From positions 1-53,606 of IMG/VR virus record IMGVR_UViG_3300013212_000047: DNA of 53,606 nucleotides, one strand, 5' to 3'. The DNA is from a virus (Duplodnaviria; Caudoviricetes). The notes under the pieces are model-generated. The model was not told where the DNA came from. It searched no databases and saw only the letters and a program-made list of their open reading frames with translations. The position numbers and the translations under genes were made by a program. This document shows, in pieces, positions 1 through 10,051 of this stretch. Every line of letters starts with the position of its first letter. Within the stretch, counting starts at the first letter, position 1.

Positions 1-171
1 AACTTCAGTAAACGTACCAGCACCTGACACAGCAGTCGCACCGTTCTTACTTATTGTGACAGTAGGTGCAGTCTGACCAGTCTTAGGCGTAAAGCCATCC
101 GTAGAGTCAACCAGTAATACTGGGATGCGTCTACGAGCTGCTGTTGATTCGGATAGTTTTATTTGAAACAT
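1..171 (-). CDS. Partial virion/tail-associated protein (runs off the left edge)
   Basis: ATG at 171, just after the upstream stop; open frame MFQIKLSESTAARRRIPVLLVDSTDGFTPKTGQTAPTVTISKNG...; not in the ORF track because truncated. Confidence 0.7.
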   Translation of the reverse strand, partial: MFQIKLSESTAARRRIPVLLVDSTDGFTPKTGQTAPTVTISKNGATAVSGAGTFTEV

Positions 172-174
172 ATG

Positions 175-1263
175 TCACCCGTTAAACATTGTAAACGATG
201 CAGACGATCCACCACCACCGGCGGACTGCGTAAACGTAGTAATGTCAGGATTAATTGCCCATCTAAACGTACCTGCCTCAGTCCATGTATTAGTATCTAA
301 ATTAGCATCAACGCCGAACATAGGTACATCACTTAAGCAGTCTGCATCTTGCGCCCTGTTAAATGTCAACTTTCCGCAATTTACTGTGTCACCACCAGAT
401 GCAATACCAACTAAATATTTAATACCCGTGTTGAGTGTCTGTTCTGTGTCAAACGGAATGTATATTGCACCTTGTTGATTCAAATTCATAATAAATGTCC
501 ATGCAGGAGCGCCACCGGTAGCAAGACTTTTACTTGTAATTAATGTCGGTGGATAGGACGTCGCATTGTAAAGTCGTAGACTTGCTGTAATAAAACTTGC
601 ATTTGCTTGAATTGGAGTAACAATACCTTGTAATTTATATGTAGCACCCATAGATGTAGGAACTGTAAATGAGGTTCCAGCAAATCCAGTGTAGTTAAAA
701 GGCGTGTGTATATTAGACGTACTTGAATTTGAAACAGGGTACCCGTAAGTTTCAGTAGCTGATGCTATACCCCACCTAAATGCATTAGTAACACCACTTG
801 AAGATGTGTAACCAAATGGTTGTCCAGATGTAAGTGTGTAATCACGTTTACTCTGCTGTTGATTTTGCACCACACTTAAACCACCACTCCATGTTCCATA
901 TGACTCTAATCCAATAGAATATACTTGTCCCCTTGTAATGGTTTGTGGCGTTGTAAGGTTCCACCATGTAAATGTTGGCGTTGATATACCAGCAGTAGTT
1001 GTAATAGGATTTGCATCTGTATACAACTTTGTTCCGGGAGTAAACGTTTGACCAAAACCGGGATATAACCACATTGCTATCCGTATTGGCGGTGTTCCAG
1101 ATGAGCTATTTACACACATACCGAATTGCGTAATAGTCATGGTTTTCTCAGCAACAAACATCATTATGACGTATTGGCTTGCTGCACTAAAACCAAAAGT
1201 CGGTTCAGATCCACCTGCTGGTTGAAATGAAGTTCCGTACCTACCAATTACATCAAGTATCAT
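175..1263 (-). CDS. Putative tail fibre / virion structural protein
   Basis: Thr/Gly/Ser/aromatic-rich beta-type sequence in the structural operon; start moved to MILDVIG (ATGA overlap with the upstream stop). Confidence 0.6.
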   Translation of the reverse strand: MILDVIGRYGTSFQPAGGSEPTFGFSAASQYVIMMFVAEKTMTITQFGMCVNSSSGTPPIRIAMWLYPGFGQTFTPGTKLYTDANPITTTAGISTPTFTWWNLTTPQTITRGQVYSIGLESYGTWSGGLSVVQNQQQSKRDYTLTSGQPFGYTSSSGVTNAFRWGIASATETYGYPVSNSSTSNIHTPFNYTGFAGTSFTVPTSMGATYKLQGIVTPIQANASFITASLRLYNATSYPPTLITSKSLATGGAPAWTFIMNLNQQGAIYIPFDTEQTLNTGIKYLVGIASGGDTVNCGKLTFNRAQDADCLSDVPMFGVDANLDTNTWTEAGTFRWAINPDITTFTQSAGGGGSSASFTMFNG

Positions 1264-1517
1264 GACGCAATTACCCAAATGTCATCAGGGTCACTAATGG
1301 ATAACGTAGCTGTTTTACCTGCAAGCCGTTGCTCTGAGTAATCCATAATTAGTAATGCCTTCAATAACATAGCAATTTGTGGAACAAGCGTTTGGCAATA
1401 CTCCTGCAATGCCGCATCGTTATTAAACACAATGCAGTCAGATTCATTCCACCAAACAATAAGCCGACCGTCTGGTAGTACATCTGCTTTGACTAATTGT
1501 GTGGATGCAGAGTACAT
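1260..1517 (-). CDS. Hypothetical protein
   Basis: Translationally coupled at both ends (TAATG, ATGA). Confidence 0.7.
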   Translation of the reverse strand: MYSASTQLVKADVLPDGRLIVWWNESDCIVFNNDAALQEYCQTLVPQIAMLLKALLIMDYSEQRLAGKTATLSISDPDDIWVIAS

Positions 1518-1801
1518 TACTCGCTTACCTTCTTAAGAGCCTTCTCAATAAGGATATTAAAAGCTTGCACAGTTCTAAGACCAAGTGTGCCAAGCAGAAA
1601 GGATAAGCCAATCATTTGATGGGGCTGCTCCCATCCAAGTTCCTTTGCTACTAGTGGAGTTAAGTATATTGCTGATGCAGTTCCTGATAATACAGTTATA
1701 ATTCCCTGCAACACAGACTTTATCTTGTTCCAGTCAGTGCCAATAACAGCACCTATAAAACCAGCAAGTAGTGTATTTAAATCTATCTGGAACTTATCCA
1801 T
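1517..1801 (-). CDS. Putative holin
   Basis: About 94 aa with 2-3 hydrophobic helices and a charged C-terminus; likely start MDKFQ. Confidence 0.6.
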   Translation of the reverse strand: MDKFQIDLNTLLAGFIGAVIGTDWNKIKSVLQGIITVLSGTASAIYLTPLVAKELGWEQPHQMIGLSFLLGTLGLRTVQAFNILIEKALKKVSE

Positions 1802-2090
1802 CGATGTCCCTCGTCGTTTCACTGACTTTTCTCACCTCCGGTAACTTAGTGCCAAACATTGGAAGGTTGCTATCTTGCCTCATAAAGAACGCAATCAACG
1901 CAGTTGCCATGGCTGGTATACCAGCACGGATACCTTCGACGCTAGACAAGAGTATAGCCTTAGTCACCGTTTCATAAGTTGCGGTGTCGGAGATGTGTTG
2001 TGTTTTCCACGCAGAGTCAAACTCAGGAGCTGCCGATGTAATAAAAGCAGCTAGGGCAATTATCAACATGCGACCCCAAGCTACGTTCAC
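1794..2090 (-). CDS. Hypothetical membrane protein
   Basis: Hydrophobic segments at the N-terminus and near the C-terminus; overlaps both neighbours. Confidence 0.6.
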   Translation of the reverse strand: MNVAWGRMLIIALAAFITSAAPEFDSAWKTQHISDTATYETVTKAILLSSVEGIRAGIPAMATALIAFFMRQDSNLPMFGTKLPEVRKVSETTRDIDG

Positions 2091-2821
2091 TGCTGCGTTA
2101 CCACTGGAGGGATAGCAAACGGGCCACCTGGACGTCTGAGGCCAGTATCTAGCTGCATATACAACTTCATACGGACAGTGTCATACCAGTTCTTCCAGAA
2201 CATACGGTTAGCCAATGTTGGATCATCAATGTTTTTCATAATGACTTTAGTTGCCGCAAACGCAGGCACAGCCTGGCGTAGCAAGTCATCTGGGATAAAG
2301 CTAAACGATGTAGCGTCACTAAGTGTGCAATCAGGAATACCATATCCACGTAGAGTGACACTCGTAGTTGCGCCTACTACATATGGGTACAGACTTACTG
2401 CGTAGTTATCCTGCCGATACCAGTGCGTTACATTAGCTGCAGCTGCAACAGTGGTAGACGCATACCCTAAATCGTTAGCTCTAAGACTAGCTTCACCAGT
2501 ATGAGTTAATAGGGTGCTACCAATCAGGGCATCGGTCGGAAACCACATTGTCGTATTCGCTGGGCTTGGAGTTGCCAGACTTTGAATCAAACCAGTCCGT
2601 ATACCTGACGAAAAAGATAACGTACCAGTAACAGGAAAGGCTACACATGAACGGCATAACTCAGCAACTCCTTCAGCAATAAACATATTGATAGTAGAGT
2701 CGCTATCGTAGCTGGCAACGGTACCGCCAAAGCCGTCACCCAATGCACCGACAGTGGTGTTATTGGCCTCATTTAAGATCTTGTAGGTTTCATTGCGCAA
2801 CTGCGCCATGGTTTGTGCCAT
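2087..2821 (-). CDS. Putative head-tail adaptor / tail tubular protein A-like
   Basis: MAQTMAQLRNETYKIL start typical of adaptors; position downstream of the capsid gene. Confidence 0.55.
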   Translation of the reverse strand: MAQTMAQLRNETYKILNEANNTTVGALGDGFGGTVASYDSDSTINMFIAEGVAELCRSCVAFPVTGTLSFSSGIRTGLIQSLATPSPANTTMWFPTDALIGSTLLTHTGEASLRANDLGYASTTVAAAANVTHWYRQDNYAVSLYPYVVGATTSVTLRGYGIPDCTLSDATSFSFIPDDLLRQAVPAFAATKVIMKNIDDPTLANRMFWKNWYDTVRMKLYMQLDTGLRRPGGPFAIPPVVTQQ

Positions 2822-3468
2822 TAGACTGCCTTCCTTGCGTACGTAGCTGCGTACGATTCGACTAGTCCTAGGCGATTTTCATATTGCGCGTTATAGATTT
2901 GAAATTGATTTGCATCACCTTCCTGCATCGCGCGTATGGACAACACACCGTAAACCAAACAGTCGTGTGCCACTTCAGGTAAAGGGCAGGTTGTAGCATC
3001 AGACATAGCTTGCGCAATACCACTACTGTCGTATGACCAGTAATCTCCAGGTATTCCATATCCTTCAACCATCAAGCCCTGAGTAATATTTGTAGATGGA
3101 GGCGGGTACACCTCGATTTTATTCATGCCGAATATAACTGCATGCGAAGGATAGGCTCCTGAGCCATCGTTACGCACCATGTCTACCTTCTTGTCCCACG
3201 CATCCCAGGTACGCATGCGTTCCCAGTTACCGGACGTAGATAAGACTTGAATATTACGGATCTTATACAAATCACTTGCACAGTATGCAACTTGATCTGC
3301 AACCAGATCAAGGTACCGTTTGCCAATGTAGCAGTCGGTAGACCTAGCGATCTGGTTGCAAACCTCAATGATGAGCAAGTCAAGACCAAACGGATCCTGA
3401 TCATTTTCAGACCCGAAGTAATGCCGTCCCAGAAGACGGATTCTACGTTTGATCTCTCCTCGTGTCAT
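2821..3468 (-). CDS. Putative head-tail adaptor protein
   Basis: MTRGEIKRRIR start, IEVYPPPS and LPEVAHDCLVYG motifs typical of podovirus adaptors. Confidence 0.65.
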   Translation of the reverse strand: MTRGEIKRRIRLLGRHYFGSENDQDPFGLDLLIIEVCNQIARSTDCYIGKRYLDLVADQVAYCASDLYKIRNIQVLSTSGNWERMRTWDAWDKKVDMVRNDGSGAYPSHAVIFGMNKIEVYPPPSTNITQGLMVEGYGIPGDYWSYDSSGIAQAMSDATTCPLPEVAHDCLVYGVLSIRAMQEGDANQFQIYNAQYENRLGLVESYAATYARKAV

Positions 3469-3998
3469 TAAAGAATACCGCCGTCCTTACCGGATACAAC
3501 TTGTACCTTGTAAGTGTAAGCGCCAGCTGATGGAGCAGTACCACCACCGTAAACGTCAGTTACATCAACACGGAAAAATGTATACAGATCCTGAACTGTG
3601 CTAGCTGTATCAGTAAATCCAGTAGGTGCAGCAAGCGGTATATAAATGGTAAAGGAAGTCTTACCAGAATATACGTTAGTCGCTGCTGTTGGTGCCTGGA
3701 GGTAGACCATATCACTAGGTGTTTGATGAACAACAGTGTATGTTCCATTTACAGTTTTACTAGCCTTAAGAGCAGCAGTAAACTGAACAAAACCAATCGC
3801 AGTTGCAGTAATAGCAGTCGCATTAATTGTCACCTTTACAAACATTCCGTTTTCACGGAGTTGAACTTGAGGTGTAATATTAAGCGGTGCATCTGCATCA
3901 GCAAGAGTTGTACCTGCACCAAATGTAACGGTGGTAACTACGCCAGCCGCCTTATTTTTAGAGTTTGTTTTAAAGCCCAATAGTGCATCAGCTGCCAT
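3468..3998 (-). CDS. Putative capsid decoration / cement protein
   Basis: Beta-rich 176 aa directly after the major capsid gene, with a strong AAGGAG RBS. Confidence 0.5.
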   Translation of the reverse strand: MAADALLGFKTNSKNKAAGVVTTVTFGAGTTLADADAPLNITPQVQLRENGMFVKVTINATAITATAIGFVQFTAALKASKTVNGTYTVVHQTPSDMVYLQAPTAATNVYSGKTSFTIYIPLAAPTGFTDTASTVQDLYTFFRVDVTDVYGGGTAPSAGAYTYKVQVVSGKDGGIL

Positions 3999-4009
3999 AA
4001 TTTATCTCC

Positions 4010-5032
4010 TTATACAACCTTGACATTGAATAGACGACCAACCGCACGAACGTGCGGTTGCCACAGGCCTACTCCCCAGTCAAAAACAATATTGTGCAGA
4101 ACGCCATTTTCCTTGGAAAGACCAAGGTAGGTTGGCTTAAATGGGCCTGGTTGCCATCCTGTGACATAACCAGTTCCGTAACGAACTGCAAAAATAGACT
4201 CAAAGTTACCAGATCCAGCAACACCAGCTGCGTTTTCAGCTGCAAGGATATGAGTACTACCGTCTGCCTTACGACCTACAGCGCGTACTTTAGCAGCTTT
4301 GTACATTTCAACAGGATGATCAAAGTTATCCCGCGTAATGTCAAATCCTGCACCAATACCCATGGCGCGAATTGAAAATTCAATACGACGTTTCATTTTC
4401 TCAGAACAGTAAAGGACGATGCCGTCTCCATCTGGACTGTTCATGTTATCCATGAGTTGTTGCAGTTTTTCCATAAATGCGTTTCCGCCAGAGGTGGTAA
4501 GGTCAACACCGCCACCATCAACACGCATTTCTCCAGGAATGTCAAACTGATCGTAGTTATCCATACGATAACGAAGACCAGGGAAACAATCCTGATCGCC
4601 CGTAACGGGCGAATTGTTTATGAATTTATCATTGAAGTCATATGCTAAAGATTCCATGTAGTACTGAATCTGCATTTCGACTGGGTCAATGATGTTGTTT
4701 GGCTGATCAAGAAGTACGTGGTCAACCTGGATCTTGTTACGGATCAGGTACATACTTTCTTCGTACTGCTTTGGTTTACCCTTTGAGACAACTGGCTCTT
4801 CGTTAATCGTAGCCCAGTTAATCGTTGGAAACGATCCTGCCTGGTTAGTCATACGAGTACCAACCTGGCGAAGGCTAGGGTTGGTTACGAGCGGGATGTC
4901 CTTAAGTGCATTCCAAGTCTTATGCAAAGACTTAGTAATCTCTTTGACCAATGGATCATTTGAGATGATCGCTTGATCGGCGAGTGTAAGCGCCTGTGTG
5001 TCGAGCAATACTGCTCCAGATGCAATAGCCAT
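4010..5032 (-). CDS. Major capsid protein (HK97 fold)
   Basis: 340 aa after the scaffold; LTLAD, PTINWATINE, IQVD and FPGL pattern of phage major capsid proteins; GAGG RBS. Confidence 0.85.
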   Translation of the reverse strand: MAIASGAVLLDTQALTLADQAIISNDPLVKEITKSLHKTWNALKDIPLVTNPSLRQVGTRMTNQAGSFPTINWATINEEPVVSKGKPKQYEESMYLIRNKIQVDHVLLDQPNNIIDPVEMQIQYYMESLAYDFNDKFINNSPVTGDQDCFPGLRYRMDNYDQFDIPGEMRVDGGGVDLTTSGGNAFMEKLQQLMDNMNSPDGDGIVLYCSEKMKRRIEFSIRAMGIGAGFDITRDNFDHPVEMYKAAKVRAVGRKADGSTHILAAENAAGVAGSGNFESIFAVRYGTGYVTGWQPGPFKPTYLGLSKENGVLHNIVFDWGVGLWQPHVRAVGRLFNVKVV

Positions 5033-5042
5033 CTAATACCTC

Positions 5043-5930
5043 TTAGATTACGTTACGATTCCGTGAAATTCCAAGCAATGACGCAATACCCTGACGTGGC
5101 GCTGGCCCACCTTGCGGTGCTTGCATACGAGAGGAGCTTCCTCCACCCATAGGCTGTGGCGCGCGTGTCTGATTCTTGAGCTTTGCTGCGACTTCAGGAA
5201 TAAGAGACGATGTGATGATTCTCACTTGCTCGTGAACAGCCTCGGCTGCCTCGTAAGGGTCATACCCTGCGGCAATAAGGTTGTCCAACATAGCGGGTGC
5301 GCGGTTAGCCAATGGATACTGTTGGACAGCAACATCACGCTGCTGCATCAACATATAACTATTGACTTCTTCCATCTGTCGCTCATACTGACGTTTGGCC
5401 ATTTCGGCCTCCATCTGCATGTTTGCAACATACGGATCTACACCCTGTGATTCGGCAAGATTTGCGTAATACTGGCGCAGCTGCATGTCTTCTTGATCCA
5501 CGCGCTGTTGTGTAAGCGCTGCGTCAACTGCATCTGCATCCGTATAGCCTTGCTGTTCAAACTGTTCGATGACTCGGCCCCATCGCGAGAGTTTGTCTTC
5601 ATACTCTTGCGCCTGACGAGCTTTTTCGTTTACTTCACGAAATCGCTCGTAAGGTACGGCACCTCTGTCATCAGGGACAGGTTCAACATATGGATTCTTC
5701 TGTTCTAGACCAAGGACATCATTAACAATGTTGTCGTAATCTAGATCGTCATATCCACCGTCATTGTCGCTTGCGTCTGGACTTGTATATTCCCGTGTCG
5801 CCTGTTGGGAAAAGTCTTCGGAACCGGCGTTATCCCGAACAAAGTCATAGACCGCATTTGCCAAACCACCTGCATTGCCATCAGGCGCGGCTGGGGAGTC
5901 CGCGCTTCGCATCTCCATCTCATCTGGCAT
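5043..5930 (-). CDS. Capsid scaffolding protein
   Basis: Acidic N-terminus, VPYERFREVN motif, coiled coil, basic tail; between portal and capsid; AAGGAG RBS. Confidence 0.8.
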   Translation of the reverse strand: MPDEMEMRSADSPAAPDGNAGGLANAVYDFVRDNAGSEDFSQQATREYTSPDASDNDGGYDDLDYDNIVNDVLGLEQKNPYVEPVPDDRGAVPYERFREVNEKARQAQEYEDKLSRWGRVIEQFEQQGYTDADAVDAALTQQRVDQEDMQLRQYYANLAESQGVDPYVANMQMEAEMAKRQYERQMEEVNSYMLMQQRDVAVQQYPLANRAPAMLDNLIAAGYDPYEAAEAVHEQVRIITSSLIPEVAAKLKNQTRAPQPMGGGSSSRMQAPQGGPAPRQGIASLLGISRNRNVI

Positions 5931-5958
5931 CTGTCAGATACTCCTTATCTTAGCACAC

Positions 5959-8178
5959 CTACTTTTTATTTTTGTTCTGCTGTCCCACAGACGGGGTAGG
6001 TGACTTATCCTGCTTACTCGGTGTAAGCAAGTCCTTGCTAACGTCGGCAATAGCCTTCGCTGCGTAATCGTTTGTATTCAATCGACTCTGCTCTTGCATC
6101 TTCATCATGTCAGCTTGAGCTTGTAACTGTTGCTGGTGTTCAATCTTTTGCATGTCAAGCTGGGTCTTCATCTGTTCAGCTTCAGGGTTAAATCGAGATT
6201 GGTTCTGCATTTGCGCTTGTTGCATCTGCATCATTTGAGCTTGCATCATCTGTTGCTTTTGAGCTTGCATACCAAGGTTCTGTAAGATGTCAGACGTTTC
6301 TGGTAGTTGTAGCATTCGCACAACAAGCGCGTTTGTCTCTGGATCATTGGGGTCACCAAACAATCCCATCTGTCGCAGCATAACCAGCTTCTGCAACTTC
6401 TGATCGTCACTCTCACGCTGTGATGAACCTGGGATGTAAATCACACGGTATTGACCACCGTTACGGATGTTGTCAAACGTAATTAATCCCTGCTGAACGT
6501 CATTACGAGGATTGACTTGGTCATCCACGGAACCGATAAATGGAGCAACAGCAAACTGATCAACAAGAGCAATTTCCCACTCTTTAATCTTAGCTATAGA
6601 TACTTCAATGTCGGCTCTGATGTAGCTGTGCTGGGTGTTGTCTGCTCGTTGCAAAAGCGTAACAGCTTCAGCAGGTGTTCCAGCTTGTGCTTGACCTTGA
6701 CTAACATCATGAAGACCAGCAATGTCTTGCATGTCTTTTTCGATCATCTGCATGAATGGGAATAGGTCTGCACTTATACCAGGCGCGCGCATGATCTGCG
6801 GAGGCTGTGTTCCACGGTTGTGATAGACCTTACGATAGATACGACTCTTGTCATCAATGTCATCACTAGTCTGTTGAAATGCTTCAGCACCAATATTAGA
6901 TCCACGCTCAACAATGACGTAGTCTTTATTCTGTTCAAACTGTTCGAGCGCACGACTGTATATACGATTGTATGTCAGCTGCAAAGGAGTCAAGTCAAAC
7001 CCTAGACTGTGACCGTAACTTGTACCTGATCGCGGCTGCCATCGAAGTGCGATGAATGGAAACTCATCACGTTTCTTGTAAGGCCAATCACCAGCGTACA
7101 ACAGCTTGTTGTTGGTGGTTACGATGTAACGACCCTTTGGATAACGAGCTGTAGGTTTTTCCCAGTACTCGAAGACAATAGCAGCATGCTTCTTAGTATC
7201 AGTGTTGTTTAGCCGGCTACTAGAAGGCTGTACCCAGCCGTTACCAGATCCGTTAGCACCTTCCAGGTATGCGTCTACATAACCAGCGTTGACGCCGGAC
7301 AAAGCGTCAGCCTGGACGCCTTTACCAGCTTCGCCATAGTTATCTACAAACCAGCTCAATGGCTTGATACTGGCGTGAATAATAAAGCGTACGTCTTCAT
7401 CACGAGAAGCTTTTGGATCCATGAATACGTTAAAACATGGAACAATCTCTTCTTCTACATCACCAAGAGGTAGGCTCTCGTATCCTGTAATCTCACCGGT
7501 ATCTAAGCTACGGTAAGGCATAACCACTTCGCTCTTAGCATCCCAGTATACTTTTACGTAACTGGTACCAGTAACACAAGCCCAGCGAACACGTTCTTTG
7601 GTTTGTGTTTCGCGCGCAAACTTTCGAGTGTAATGCCCAGCAATAAAATTAGCTTCGTCGGAAGCTTGTTGATCCTTTGGGTTTTGGGACAAAGGAACTG
7701 CTCGGCAGTCTGGCGCAACTTGAGTAAGCTTACCAACAACACCATCGATCAATGGGCGAATCTTATTGACAGTCATGTAGCGGTTAGCTTCAGCTGGATT
7801 TTGCAATTGAACTAGGTTACGTGTTTGCGAATTGATACGGAACCACTGCCGGCCTTCAAAGAAAGCCAAGGCCTGCGCCCATTCAAGTTCCATTTCCTGC
7901 CTAGCGCGGTAGGCTGAGTCAAATTCTTCTTTTACGAACGCAGAAACCCGGCGAGCTTCATCGGGATCTTCAAGTGGATCAACAGACCATTCATTAGGGT
8001 CAATGTCTAGCTTTAGAACATCTGGGTCGGACGTTTGCAGATTACCTTTGTCAAAGCTACCTGGCGTACCTTTATCAGAAGGCCGGCTATACGCCATGGA
8101 CTTAGGTTGCTGACTCACGCGCGACATCATTTCCGAAATGCTTTGCGGAAACACGTTATTGTTAATCTTTGGTGGCAT
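5959..8178 (-). CDS. Portal protein (P22-like, with Gln-rich barrel)
   Basis: 739 aa after the terminase; FFEGRQW, NKIRPLI, VFMDP and DIAGLHDVSQG motifs; Q/M-rich C-terminal coiled coil. Confidence 0.88.
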   Translation of the reverse strand: MPPKINNNVFPQSISEMMSRVSQQPKSMAYSRPSDKGTPGSFDKGNLQTSDPDVLKLDIDPNEWSVDPLEDPDEARRVSAFVKEEFDSAYRARQEMELEWAQALAFFEGRQWFRINSQTRNLVQLQNPAEANRYMTVNKIRPLIDGVVGKLTQVAPDCRAVPLSQNPKDQQASDEANFIAGHYTRKFARETQTKERVRWACVTGTSYVKVYWDAKSEVVMPYRSLDTGEITGYESLPLGDVEEEIVPCFNVFMDPKASRDEDVRFIIHASIKPLSWFVDNYGEAGKGVQADALSGVNAGYVDAYLEGANGSGNGWVQPSSSRLNNTDTKKHAAIVFEYWEKPTARYPKGRYIVTTNNKLLYAGDWPYKKRDEFPFIALRWQPRSGTSYGHSLGFDLTPLQLTYNRIYSRALEQFEQNKDYVIVERGSNIGAEAFQQTSDDIDDKSRIYRKVYHNRGTQPPQIMRAPGISADLFPFMQMIEKDMQDIAGLHDVSQGQAQAGTPAEAVTLLQRADNTQHSYIRADIEVSIAKIKEWEIALVDQFAVAPFIGSVDDQVNPRNDVQQGLITFDNIRNGGQYRVIYIPGSSQRESDDQKLQKLVMLRQMGLFGDPNDPETNALVVRMLQLPETSDILQNLGMQAQKQQMMQAQMMQMQQAQMQNQSRFNPEAEQMKTQLDMQKIEHQQQLQAQADMMKMQEQSRLNTNDYAAKAIADVSKDLLTPSKQDKSPTPSVGQQNKNKK

Positions 8179-8321
8179 TAGATAAATCGCTCCTCAGTCA
8201 ACCGTATGTACTCAAGACCTTCTTGACGTCTGCGAAGTTTTCGCAAATTAGACCAAGATAAACCGGTAAACGTAGCGATAGTTCCAAGCATCAATACTTC
8301 GATGATATCAAAAGCACTCAT
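8178..8321 (-). CDS. Small single-pass membrane protein (47 aa)
   Basis: MSAFDIIEVLMLGTIATFTGLSWSNLRKLRRRQEGLEYIRLTEERFI; exactly fills the terminase-portal gap with ATGA and TAATG overlaps. Confidence 0.65.
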   Translation of the reverse strand: MSAFDIIEVLMLGTIATFTGLSWSNLRKLRRRQEGLEYIRLTEERFI

Positions 8322-10051
8322 ACAAACTTGTCCTCATTGTTGTCGTTTAGCCACGATGACTTCCAAGGTTTCCCACGTTCTGTCTCAGGACATTTAACAG
8401 GATACTCTCTCCACATAACCCCATAGCGGCAACTGTCAAGCGCGTGGTCACTTTTAGTGCCTGCGTCGAGGTCTTCAGGATCTCGTGGGTCTGCCATTGC
8501 AGCGGTAAGCTCCCTGATGAGGTGAGGGCATGCGCGTCGTACAATTTTAAAACGAGGGTAATGAACGCCATCCTTGACACGTTTACCTGCTAGCCATTCT
8601 TTTAATCTACGCCAGCCAGCCTTGCGATCTTTGACTGCAGGCACAGCTGGTAGATTTCTCCTCCACCAAATTTCTACTGGATACTCACCAATACGTTGGT
8701 CGTGATTCTTTGGCGGAAAAGTATTCGCCCAGTCAAAAGCAATTGCTTCAATTTTGGTACGCCAAGGGCCGTCAAGTTTATCTGAAGCGACTGGCTCCGC
8801 CATCTTATGTTCTTTCAACATCTGAATTAAATCTTCAGCCTGTTTACTACTAACACGTCCGGCTTCGTAGATCTCACCTATAACGTATATGTCTTCATTC
8901 TCGTCAGATGCATATAGCAAAGTAGCGGCAGGCGCGCCTGTACCAAAGTCGTGCGATGCCCATACTCTCCACCAAGGTTGTACATCGACAGTGTCGATTA
9001 CGTGCCACGGCTTTCCAGATGGATCGTACTCCTGGAACTCCGGGAAGAATCGGCCACCAACACCAACTTCGTGCTGGCACTCGCGTAAGAATGAAATTAC
9101 ACCGTAGTCGTCAATCTCACGCTGGCACACACTTATATCTTTGTGTGACCACGTAGGAGTACCGCCTGTGATCTTGTATCCTGTACGCCCATCATCCCGT
9201 TCAAACGGCTCGTAAGTCAGCCCTTGAACAGCAGGGACAATAGGACTTTGTATGCGATGTTGAAGCATGTCCAACTCACCAGACAATACTTGTCCCATCA
9301 CACTGTTTGCGTGAATCTTGTTCTGCACAAAAACGATTGCACAGTCAGTACTCTTAGCTGGAAGAATCGTCTGTGTTATCGTAGAGATCTTTTTATCAAC
9401 ACGATTAACACTGTCATCAAGCTCATCAATGTCATCAAGGATGATGAAATCAGGACGAAGGTGGTCAAGTTTGACACCTCTTGCTCCAGTATCAAGACCA
9501 AACGCCAAAACGTTAAACCCATTAGCAGTCCTAAGCTTAGACGCATTCCAACCCTTTGAAAAGCCATACTTATTCAATGCCCTTTCAATTCCACAACGCT
9601 CCATCGTGTGGCCAATGTCTGATACGTGTCGATCGGCAGCTTCTTGGGTTGAACAGACATATAGTAGAAACCGGCGAGTACCCTTTACGGCAATGCGAGC
9701 TGCAATATGCTCCATGGTGGTAGACTTGCCACCACCACGAAACCAGCACTCGATCAATGCTGGCGGAGCGACCCCAGGCGTTATAGCTTCAGCCCATTCC
9801 CACGCTCGCTCGTGATGTGTACCAAGGGAGCTAGACATAGCATGTGGTGCATATGTCCTAAGCCATTGTTTGTAATCCAAGCTAGAACCATCCACGGCAA
9901 ATGCCCTCCCACTATCATAATCACCTGTCTTGATAACGTCTTCAATCTGTCCATCAAGAGCTTGAAGTAGGGCTAAGGCAAGTGGCTTATCACTGCGTGT
10001 GTACTGCTTAAACTCATCGCTAATATTTTTACTGAATCTGCTTTGGGCCAT
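8318..10051 (-). CDS. terL: Terminase large subunit
   Basis: Walker A RGGGKST, Walker B IILDD, nuclease motifs SHDFG and DHALDSCRY; start MAQSRF with GGAG RBS. Confidence 0.93.
   Translation of the reverse strand: MAQSRFSKNISDEFKQYTRSDKPLALALLQALDGQIEDVIKTGDYDSGRAFAVDGSSLDYKQWLRTYAPHAMSSSLGTHHERAWEWAEAITPGVAPPALIECWFRGGGKSTTMEHIAARIAVKGTRRFLLYVCSTQEAADRHVSDIGHTMERCGIERALNKYGFSKGWNASKLRTANGFNVLAFGLDTGARGVKLDHLRPDFIILDDIDELDDSVNRVDKKISTITQTILPAKSTDCAIVFVQNKIHANSVMGQVLSGELDMLQHRIQSPIVPAVQGLTYEPFERDDGRTGYKITGGTPTWSHKDISVCQREIDDYGVISFLRECQHEVGVGGRFFPEFQEYDPSGKPWHVIDTVDVQPWWRVWASHDFGTGAPAATLLYASDENEDIYVIGEIYEAGRVSSKQAEDLIQMLKEHKMAEPVASDKLDGPWRTKIEAIAFDWANTFPPKNHDQRIGEYPVEIWWRRNLPAVPAVKDRKAGWRRLKEWLAGKRVKDGVHYPRFKIVRRACPHLIRELTAAMADPRDPEDLDAGTKSDHALDSCRYGVMWREYPVKCPETERGKPWKSSWLNDNNEDKFV

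Noticed and set aside
3998-4030. Programmed frameshift or readthrough extending the capsid protein
   Set aside because: No slippery heptamer at the capsid 3' end; the next gene has its own strong RBS
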